The notes beneath the pieces are model-generated. The model saw nothing but the letters and a program-made list of their open reading frames with translations, was not told the DNA's origin and did not search any database. 32,000 bases of DNA from Nitratidesulfovibrio vulgaris str. Hildenborough. Its GTDB lineage: Bacteria > Desulfobacterota > Desulfovibrionia > Desulfovibrionales > Desulfovibrionaceae. The stretch covers positions 1,290,001-1,322,000 of the forward strand of contig NC_002937.3 of assembly GCF_000195755.1 (NCBI RefSeq). Reading direction: 5' to 3'. A program made the translations under genes and the position numbers. Below are positions 10,279 to 17,186 of the stretch, piece by piece. Each line of letters starts with the position of its first letter. The first letter of the stretch is position 1.

Positions 10279-10450
10279 TGTCCTGCTTGGTCACCTGACG
10301 GCCCTTGTAGGTACCGCAGCTGGGGCAGGCACGGTGGGGAGCGGTGGGCTCGCCGCAGGCGCAGTACACGACGGCGGGCACGGCCACGCGGTCGTGGGAG
10401 CGACGCATCCCCTTGCGGGAACGGGACTTCTTGTTCTGCTGAACGGCCAT
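10271..10450 (-). CDS. rpmF: 50S ribosomal protein L32
   Basis: Absent from the ORF track (59 aa, below cutoff). My translation of the minus strand from ATG 10450 is MAVQQNKKSRSRKGMRRSHDRVAVPAVVYCACGEPTAPHRACPSCGTYKGRQVTKQDNE, with stop TAG at 10273-10271. It overlaps the plsX start by 8 nt. Confidence 0.9.
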   Translation of the reverse strand: MAVQQNKKSRSRKGMRRSHDRVAVPAVVYCACGEPTAPHRACPSCGTYKGRQVTKQDNE

Positions 10451-10494
10451 GGCTATCTCCTTGCAGTCGGCCGGGGCGTACCCCGTGCCGGGTT

Positions 10495-11031
10495 CTAGTG
10501 CTTGTCTATCCTCACCCCGCGCAGAACAGCCAGACGGGGGTCACCCTCTTCGTGCGCACACGCACAGGGGCCCTCGTTCAGGTTCTTCCCGCAGGACGGA
10601 CACAGACCCTTGCACGCGCCGCCGCACAGCGGCTTCACGGGCAGGGCCAGCAGAAATTCTTCCCAGAGCAGCCCCGAGAGGCTGATCTCGAAACCCTTGC
10701 CTTCAGGCACGGGGCGCAAAACCTCGGTGTCGACATCCGCATCGTCGTCTTCACCGGGGAAGGGCTCGAAACTTTCGAAACGATGTTCTACAGCGACAAG
10801 CGTCGGTTCGGCGCATCTGTCGCAAGGCACACTGACCTTGCCGCCGAGGGTGCCGCGCACGAGAACGCCGTCTTCCTGCGGAAGCAGGAACACAGTGGCC
10901 CGAAGAGGCTCCGCCACCTGATAGGGCAGGGAGAACTCCTTGATGGGCGCGGCCCACACCGAGGCTTCGTCGACCTCATATTCCTGTCCACCCGACGGGA
11001 TGTCGTTGAGCGGAACCCAAATCTGATGCAT
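10495..11031 (-). CDS. yceD: DUF177 / YceD-family protein (large-subunit rRNA accumulation protein)
   Basis: 178 aa. C-terminal Cys cluster CKGLCPSCGKNLNEGPCAC. Conserved position immediately upstream of rpmF. GAGG SD before ATG 11031. Confidence 0.85.
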   Translation of the reverse strand: MHQIWVPLNDIPSGGQEYEVDEASVWAAPIKEFSLPYQVAEPLRATVFLLPQEDGVLVRGTLGGKVSVPCDRCAEPTLVAVEHRFESFEPFPGEDDDADVDTEVLRPVPEGKGFEISLSGLLWEEFLLALPVKPLCGGACKGLCPSCGKNLNEGPCACAHEEGDPRLAVLRGVRIDKH

Positions 11032-11163
11032 AGCTACCTCGCGAGCAGGGTTTACTACATGCGAACCGACTCCCCTGTCAAGAAACGCCTTGTCGGGGGT
11101 TGCATTTTCCGCAGTCAGGGTATAAGACCTCTTTCTCTTGGCGGCGGGGCTACCTGTGCAGGG

Positions 11164-11192
11164 TTGCCGACATGCCCGCTGTCCGCCATATT
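11164..11192 (+). promoter_or_regulatory. Candidate sigma-70-type promoter for rpmB (TTGCCG-17 nt-CATATT)
   Basis: The hexamers were read directly and lie about 40 nt upstream of the rpmB ATG. A second candidate has TATAAG at 11120-11125. There is no experimental support and the consensus for this taxon is uncertain. Confidence 0.3.
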
Positions 11193-11233
11193 ACGCCATC
11201 ATCCAGACATTTGCACATATATGGAGGAACGTC

Positions 11234-11443
11234 ATGGGTAAGCAGTGCGAAGTTTGCGGCAAGAAGCCCCAGGTCGGCCACCATGTGAGCCACTCGAACA
11301 TCAAGACCAAGCGTCGTTTCGAGCCCAACCTTCAGAGCGTTCGTCATCAGCTTCCTTCTGGCGAAGTGAAGACCGTGACCGTGTGCACTCGCTGCCTGCG
11401 TTCCGGTGCCGTCACCAAGCCCGTGGTTCGCAAGAGCGCCTAA
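11234..11443 (+). CDS. rpmB: 50S ribosomal protein L28
   Basis: 69 aa from ATG 11234 ([34 protein letters not shown]), with GGAGGA 6 nt upstream. The track start at 11138 adds non-homologous residues. Confidence 0.93.
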   Translation: MGKQCEVCGKKPQVGHHVSHSNIKTKRRFEPNLQSVRHQLPSGEVKTVTVCTRCLRSGAVTKPVVRKSA

Positions 11444-11470
11444 ATTCTCATCCGGCTCACGGATGGAAGA

Positions 11471-11498
11471 CCCCGGTAGTCCGCTGCCGGGGTTTTTT
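11471..11498 (+). terminator. Rho-independent terminator after rpmB
   Basis: CCCCGGTAG TCCG CTGCCGGGG (9-bp stem with one G-U pair) followed by TTTTTT, 28 nt after the rpmB stop. Confidence 0.7.
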
Positions 11499-11749
11499 GC
11501 ATTGACGGTCGGGGCGGCGAGAGCGGCTGTTCTCTCGGGCGCTGCTCCATCCGTGATTCGCCCCCGATGACACGCCATCTCCGTTTGCCATCTGATTCCG
11601 GCGGGTTGACCACTTGCCAGCTTCACGGCAGTGTCTATTTCTTATGCGTCGCCGATATCGGGAGTCATCGCATACGTTCTTCTGACCTGAAGGGGCGATA
11701 CGTCCCATGGTGAGCGGCCACCCCAACCACAGACCGCCCCGGAGGGTTC

Positions 11750-12310
11750 ATGCTGTCGAGGCTTTTTCTGCTTTTTGCCCTTGTTCCTTTCCTTGAACTC
11801 TATCTGCTTGTTCAGGTCGGAACAGTCATAGGTGCAGCACCTACCATACTCCTAGTCATCCTCACCGCTGTAGTAGGGGCGTGGCTTGCCCGCACGCAGG
11901 GGCTTGGGGTGATGGCACGCGTGCAGAACGACCTTGCCCGCGGCATCATGCCCGGTCAGGCGCTGATCGACGGATTCTGCATCCTTCTTGCCGGTCTGCT
12001 GCTCCTCACACCGGGCTTCCTCACTGATGTCGTCGGTCTTTTGCTGCTTCTTCCGCCCTTTCGCGCGTTGCTGGCGTCGCGCCTGCAACGTCATTTCGCC
12101 GTGCGTTACGCCTCCTCGGGTACGACTGCGGAGGGGGGGCACTTCATCGTGTACGGCAGCAGCGGCCCCGCGGCCCATGAAGAACCGCGCCACGCTGTCG
12201 TCATCGACACGCAGCCCATCGATTCGTCGTCAGCCGCCACGGGACTCGCCGATGACACGAAACCCCTCGGCGATGCGCAGCCCTCTGGTGACGGACGGCC
12301 CCGTTCGTGA
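11750..12310 (+). CDS. fxsA: FxsA-family (UPF0716) inner-membrane protein
   Basis: 186 aa. FALVPFLELYLLVQVG... and LLLTPGFLTDVVGLLLLLPPFR are typical FxsA segments. GGAGGG SD before the ATG. Confidence 0.8.
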   Translation: MLSRLFLLFALVPFLELYLLVQVGTVIGAAPTILLVILTAVVGAWLARTQGLGVMARVQNDLARGIMPGQALIDGFCILLAGLLLLTPGFLTDVVGLLLLLPPFRALLASRLQRHFAVRYASSGTTAEGGHFIVYGSSGPAAHEEPRHAVVIDTQPIDSSSAATGLADDTKPLGDAQPSGDGRPRS

Positions 12311-13320
12311 TTCCCCCACCGCGTCCGCGGCGCGTCCGCATCGGCGGACGTCCACGAATCCGTTTGCGCCGTCGGCCCGGCGGTGCGTCTCCCTGGTGGC
12401 GCGACATCACCTGCGCTGTTCCGGGGGGCGGCGAGACGTCACCTGTCGCACCGCACCGTCTCGTCCAGTGGCGCCTCGTCCTCTCCTCGAAACGCATTCC
12501 TTTCCGGCAGGTGCAGCGCGGGTCGCGTGTCGGGCTCTATGTGCCCATCGTTCTTGAACGTATGGCCCGCCAGGAGATAGCGGCCTATGAGCTTGAGGGC
12601 GTGCGTCCCAGCGTAGAGCGTCGGCCCGTCTCCTTTTCCAATGCCCACGTCACGTTGATGGTGCTTCTCCTGCTCGTACTCTGGCATGGAGTGCGGATGG
12701 GCTGGTGGAAGCTTTTCGGGCTTGCGACAGTCCCCGCCCCGGATGCGTGGTCATCCATGGGGGCGCTGGATGTCTACCGGGTCATCGAGAGGGGGGAGTG
12801 GTTCCGTGCCGTGACGGCGCTCACACTTCATGCCGATAGCCCGCATCTTTTCTCCAACATCCTTTTCGGGGGGGCGTTTCTCGTTCCCCTGTGCCGCAGG
12901 ACTGGGGCCGGACTCGGCTTCATGCTCACCCTGTGCGCGGGTGCGCTTGGTAACGTTCTGAACGCTGTCGCCCGTCCTCTTTCATATGTCAGCCTGGGGT
13001 CGTCGACTGCCATGTTCGGGGCGGTGGGTGTACTTTCAGGTCTTCTGGCTTTCGAGGACGGGGGGCGTGGGTGGCGACGCATGTTCGTGCCTCTTGCGGC
13101 GGGTGTCGCCGTGCTGGGTATGCTTGGCACCGAGGGCGAGAATACCGACGTAGGGGCGCATCTCTTCGGGTTGCTGGCGGGATGTGTCGTGGGTGCAACA
13201 GCGCAGTTGCGGCTCAACCGGGTTGGCTTGCCGGGATTCGTCGGGCAGGTTGTTCTGGGCGCGCTCGCTCTAGTTCTTTGCGGTCTGTGCTGGTGGCTGG
13301 CGTTCGTCGCCAGAGGCTGA
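12307..13320 (+). CDS. Rhomboid-family intramembrane serine protease (start uncertain)
   Basis: Rhomboid core: EWFRAVTALTLHADSPHLFSNILF, catalytic Ser context GSSTAMFGAVG and catalytic His context GAHLFGLLAG. The GTG at 12307 overlaps the fxsA stop (GTGA). The only other in-frame start before the conserved N-terminal region is TTG at 12364. Confidence 0.8.
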   Translation: MIPPPRPRRVRIGGRPRIRLRRRPGGASPWWRDITCAVPGGGETSPVAPHRLVQWRLVLSSKRIPFRQVQRGSRVGLYVPIVLERMARQEIAAYELEGVRPSVERRPVSFSNAHVTLMVLLLLVLWHGVRMGWWKLFGLATVPAPDAWSSMGALDVYRVIERGEWFRAVTALTLHADSPHLFSNILFGGAFLVPLCRRTGAGLGFMLTLCAGALGNVLNAVARPLSYVSLGSSTAMFGAVGVLSGLLAFEDGGRGWRRMFVPLAAGVAVLGMLGTEGENTDVGAHLFGLLAGCVVGATAQLRLNRVGLPGFVGQVVLGALALVLCGLCWWLAFVARG

Positions 13321-13650
13321 TGGCCAGTACGCCTGTCGTCGAGGTCGCGCCGCGCGGGTATGAGCGACGAGGATGCCAGCCGCCTCCGGCAGTGCTCTAC
13401 GGCCGTCCGCTTTCGCCTTGTATGGCGCACACGTTCTCTCGGTCGCCTGTCCTGTGGTTTCGTTGCCTCATGCGGAGGGATGCCTCCGAATGCATCGCCG
13501 TACCTGCCTCATTCCGTTGCCTTCGATGACGCCACCGCATCGCAGTCGACTTCCGTATCTCTACACCGGCATGTGGGCATCATGTGCTGCTGGCTTCCCC
13601 CGCCGATGACGGGGGGGCACCGCCGAAGAGGCTGGCTGTCTTGCCAATGG

Positions 13651-13683
13651 AAAAGGCCCACGGGGACTACCCGTGGGCCTTTT
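13651..13683 (-). terminator. Bidirectional-looking terminator hairpin after the GT39 gene
   Basis: AAAAGGCCCACGG(G) ... (C)CCGTGGGCCTTTT is a 13-14 bp stem flanked by an A-run and a T-run, 23 nt after the GT39 stop and 330 nt after the rhomboid stop. Confidence 0.65.
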
Positions 13684-13705
13684 GGCTTTCCATCCTGTGG
13701 TCGTA

Positions 13706-15898
13706 CTACTCGGGAGCGCCGGGTGCTGTCGCGTCGTTCCCGGTCTGTTGCGGGGCGACAGGCTGTGGTGCCGGCATGGCGGGCAGTGCGGGCTGGTCCT
13801 GGGCGGCCGCGTCGGGGGCGGTTATGGCCTCGGGCTGCGGTGCGGGTGCCACATCTGTGGGGGCGGGCGATGCCGAGGGCGTGGCGGGAGTCTCCACGGC
13901 AGGCGATGCGGGGGCTTCAACCGGCACAGCGGGGGCGGGTGCTGCGTCGGGTACTGCATGGCCCTCTGTGCCCGCAGCCGCCGGGGTTTCCACGGTCGGG
14001 ACGGGCGCGCCCTCCGGCGTCGCAGCAGCGGCATCGGGGGCGGCCGATTCGGTGACCACGACCACGAATTGCCTGTCGACGATCCACTGGCGCTGTATCT
14101 CGCGGGCGGAGGCAGGGCGGTTCGGCCACTGTTCCCAGTCGTCAAGACGCATGGCGATGACAGCGCGCGGGTGCGCGCTCAGTGCGGCGTCGAGAAGGGC
14201 CCAGTCACGCTGGGTTATCTCCTCAAGCTGTGTCCCGGCGTAGAACGTGTAGGTTCCGGGGTACACGCGGTAACTCAACGGGTGATAGCCCTCTTTCGCA
14301 TGGGCACCGATGATTTCGGCCTGTGCCTTGGGGCTCATGACCGGGTCGAGGGAAGGGGCCGTGTAGAGTGCCATGGGCTGGACGAACACGGTGGTGAACA
14401 GCACCAGCGTGAGCAGGGCCCCGCGAGGCTGGCTACGGTCGGTGGCTTTGAACAGGAGCAGGGCGAAGATGAGACACACACCACCGAGCACCGGGGCACC
14501 CGCGACGATGTCGAGCAATGCCAGCGCCTGCGGAGGCAGGGCATCGCGCACCGAACCGGGCAGCAGCGGCAGGGCTGCCACGGCGCCGAGACCGACGGCG
14601 AGAATGAAGAGCAGCAGGCTCACCAGAAGGTAGAAGACCCTGCTGTTCGTTGCCGGAAGCCGCAGCAGGCAACGTGCGGTGATGATGGCGAGGATGGGGA
14701 AGAGCGGCAGCAGGTAGATGACGATCTTGATGCTGACAGCCGAAAGCAGGGCCACACCGCTGAGCAGGCTTATCCAGAGGTAGGCGGTTCCCAGTCCTTC
14801 GGGTTTGCGGGTGTCGAGGGCGTCCCGGACGGGGTTGCGCAGGACGCGTCCCCACGGTGCCGTGAGCAGCAGCAGCGTCCACGGAAGCCACGCGGCGGGG
14901 AAGGTGGCGAGGTAGTGCCACCATGGCTGTGCGTGATGCCATGTGGCAGTGGCGCGCTTGACGATCTGGTCCTGGAAGATGTTGCGCAGGTACTCGCTTT
15001 CACCTGTCATCCACGCCGCAGCCACCCAGCCGAGGAGGATGACCAGCATCACGGCGAAACCAGCAACGGCGTCACGGTTGTGCAGACGTCGCACCTTGCC
15101 CTGCCAGAGGACGAAGAGCACACTCGAGAGCACGGGGAACGCAAGGCCGAGCGGCCCCTTGATGAGAGTCGCCACGGCGGCGAGGGCATAGCCTGCGATG
15201 AGCCATGCCGGAGCACTTTCGCGACGCCAGCCCTTGTACATGCAAAGGTGGCTGAGGGTGATGACGGCGGTGAAGAGCAGGTCCATGCGGGCGTAGTGTG
15301 TCACGCCAAGAAAGTAGAAGCCCGAAAGCAGGATGAGGCCTGCGGCAAGTCCCGTGGCCTTGTCGTTGCCGGTGGCACGGGCGAGGGCATAGGTCGCCCA
15401 CAGGACGGCAAGCCCGGATACGGCAGCCCCCAGCAGAAAGAGCATGGGCGGCCGGACACCGGGAATCATGTCCAGTGCAGCAAGAAACCAGAAGTATACC
15501 GGAGGCTTGTCAGGGTATGGCACGCCATTGAGCTGGAGCACGAGCCACTTACCGGCGTCGATGACGTTCTGGTAAACGTCGGCGTGGCGCACTTCATCCG
15601 AGAACCAGAGCGCGCGGGCATCGAAGCCGCCCATGGTCTGCAGCACCAGCAGAATGGTGAGGGGAAGCAGGGGGAATATGGCGAGCAGGTCGAATGCTCG
15701 TGCTGCCATGCTGCGTTGCGGAGTGCCGGAAGCTGTAGCTGTCGCCTGCGAGGCCTTCTGCGTGGTCGCACCGGGGGTGTCGGTCGTTCCGGAAGGTGCG
15801 GCGGTTGCGTTGCTGCCGGAAGAGGCAACCCCCTTGCTTTCGGAGGTCGTGCCCAGCGTGGCTGACGCGGGTTCGTTCATGTCCTGCTGTTCGCTCAT
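13706..15898 (-). CDS. ArnT/PMT-like (GT39, GT-C fold) membrane glycosyltransferase with low-complexity N- and C-terminal tails
   Basis: 730 aa from ATG 15898 (MSEQQDMNEP...). The first periplasmic-loop motif WFSDEVRHADVYQNVI and YPDKPPVYFWFLA resemble ArnT / dolichyl-phosphate-mannose mannosyltransferase family proteins. There are many predicted TM helices. The last ~113 aa are Pro/Ala/Thr/Glu-rich. Confidence 0.88.
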   Translation of the reverse strand: MSEQQDMNEPASATLGTTSESKGVASSGSNATAAPSGTTDTPGATTQKASQATATASGTPQRSMAARAFDLLAIFPLLPLTILLVLQTMGGFDARALWFSDEVRHADVYQNVIDAGKWLVLQLNGVPYPDKPPVYFWFLAALDMIPGVRPPMLFLLGAAVSGLAVLWATYALARATGNDKATGLAAGLILLSGFYFLGVTHYARMDLLFTAVITLSHLCMYKGWRRESAPAWLIAGYALAAVATLIKGPLGLAFPVLSSVLFVLWQGKVRRLHNRDAVAGFAVMLVILLGWVAAAWMTGESEYLRNIFQDQIVKRATATWHHAQPWWHYLATFPAAWLPWTLLLLTAPWGRVLRNPVRDALDTRKPEGLGTAYLWISLLSGVALLSAVSIKIVIYLLPLFPILAIITARCLLRLPATNSRVFYLLVSLLLFILAVGLGAVAALPLLPGSVRDALPPQALALLDIVAGAPVLGGVCLIFALLLFKATDRSQPRGALLTLVLFTTVFVQPMALYTAPSLDPVMSPKAQAEIIGAHAKEGYHPLSYRVYPGTYTFYAGTQLEEITQRDWALLDAALSAHPRAVIAMRLDDWEQWPNRPASAREIQRQWIVDRQFVVVVTESAAPDAAAATPEGAPVPTVETPAAAGTEGHAVPDAAPAPAVPVEAPASPAVETPATPSASPAPTDVAPAPQPEAITAPDAAAQDQPALPAMPAPQPVAPQQTGNDATAPGAPE

Positions 15899-16551
15899 GA
15901 AGGAGTCCTGTCGGCTAGACGGTGTATGATCCATGCGGCCACGCTGCCCAGCAGCAGACCGGCGAAGACATCGGTGATATGGTGCATACCAAGGTAGATT
16001 CGTGAATAGCCCACGATGCCCATGTATATGCCGAGAGCCAGTGTGGGGAGCAGGGCCTTGCACCGCCATGCGAGGGGAACGACCGCGCCCACGATCTCTG
16101 TGGTGTGCCCCGATGGAAAGGAGTTGTAAACCCCTTTGAAGCTGAAGGGGATAGCGGGGCCTTCGGTGCCGGGTCTTGGCATGCCGAAACCTATCTTGAG
16201 GATGCGTACGGCGAGGAACGACACCAGCAGCTGCACGACGATGTAAACGGCCACAAAGCGCATGTCATGCCTGTCTCCGCGCTTGCGCGCCCTGAAGAAG
16301 ATGGCACCGTAGACCAGATACAGCAGCGGGTTGCCGAAGTCGGTGATGACCTGCATGCACGCCGTCAGTGCAGGATGCGCCTGCCGGTACTGTCGGAAAA
16401 AGTTGACGACCTCGTCACCTGTTCCGATGGAGACGGCTGTTGCCAGTAGCGCCATGACCAGGGGCAGGGTGGCAAGTATGTAGGCGGGAAGAATGGTGGG
16501 GCGTGACATCCGGCGGACTATAGGGACAAACGAGGCGGAAGAAAAGAGCAT
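15895..16551 (-). CDS. PAP2-superfamily (acid phosphatase / lipid phosphate phosphatase) membrane protein
   Basis: The three PAP2 motifs are present: KIGFGMPRP, PSGH and SRIYLGMHHITD. The stop TGA overlaps the GT39 ATG (ATGA at 15895-15898). An alternative start is at 16509 (MSRPTIL). Confidence 0.85.
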   Translation of the reverse strand: MLFSSASFVPIVRRMSRPTILPAYILATLPLVMALLATAVSIGTGDEVVNFFRQYRQAHPALTACMQVITDFGNPLLYLVYGAIFFRARKRGDRHDMRFVAVYIVVQLLVSFLAVRILKIGFGMPRPGTEGPAIPFSFKGVYNSFPSGHTTEIVGAVVPLAWRCKALLPTLALGIYMGIVGYSRIYLGMHHITDVFAGLLLGSVAAWIIHRLADRTPS

Positions 16552-16610
16552 AGCAGACGGTGCGAAGACCGGGTTGCATGGGGGCGAGACCGTATGGCGA
16601 TACCCTGCCT

Positions 16611-16670
16611 GATGCTAGGACTGCCCGCCTGATGCTTGGACTTCCGGTCTGATGCTAGGACTGCCCGCCT
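16611..16670 (+). repeat. Tandem repeat array A: 3 x 20 nt (GATGCTAGGACTGCCCGCCT)
   Basis: Units at 16611-16630 and 16651-16670 are identical. The middle unit, GATGCTTGGACTTCCGGTCT, differs at 4 of 20 positions. Read directly from the sequence. Confidence 0.95.
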
Positions 16671-16680
16671 GAAGCGGGTA

Positions 16681-16730
16681 CATCCGGCATGGTGATGGCA
16701 CATCCGGCATGGTGATGGCACATCCGGCAT
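16681..16730 (+). repeat. Tandem repeat array B: 2.5 x 20 nt (CATCCGGCATGGTGATGGCA)
   Basis: Two identical units (16681-16700 and 16701-16720) plus a half unit (16721-16730), 10 nt after array A. Confidence 0.95.
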
Positions 16731-17186
16731 CATGTCCCGATGGCGGCGACGCCGGGTGGCATTGCGGGCTGAAGTATGGCATTGACATCGACTTGACGCA
16801 TCGTGCGGGGCACACTAGAGCATAGCGGCACTCGCTCATCCTGTTTTCACCGACCGGCCCCGGTAGAAGTCCCTCGCGCTGCTGCGCGGGTGCTTCTTCT
16901 GTGTCCTGCCCGGAGAGACGACGTGAGGGCGGGGACGGGGCCTTCCCCTCAGTGCCTATCGTGGGCCGTCCGGCTTTGCCGATGACCCGTGTTCCGACCG
17001 TTCAGGTCGGGTCTTACGAAATATCTTCGGGGGGGCGTCATCCAGACGCTGGCAAATCCCCCGCTTTGCGGGCGTTCATGCCCCGTCAGCCGGTCATGGC
17101 CCTGCCGTACCGGATGAGTGCCCCCTGCGGCACCGGGGTGGCAGTGGACGTCGAAACAGCACGGCTGAGGCCGTGACAAGGTATCC

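Noticed and set aside
13320-13529. 70-codon ORF (MASTPVVEVAPRGYERRGCQ...) whose ATG overlaps the rhomboid stop (TGATG).
   Set aside because: Third-position G+C is about two thirds by my count, visibly lower than in neighbouring genes. The composition is Arg/Cys/Pro-rich, and there is no SD and no recognisable family.
16611-16730. CRISPR array interpretation of the 20-nt repeats.
   Set aside because: The repeats are directly adjacent with no spacers, there are only 2.5-3 copies, and there are no cas genes. They are tandem minisatellite-like arrays.
16518-16839. Minus-strand ORFs 16518..16733 (71 aa) and 16615..16839 (74 aa) across the repeat arrays.
   Set aside because: They exist only because a 20-nt period cycles through all three frames. 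The products repeat MPDVPSPCRM / QAGSPSIR fragments, lack an SD, and the first overlaps the PAP2 start region.
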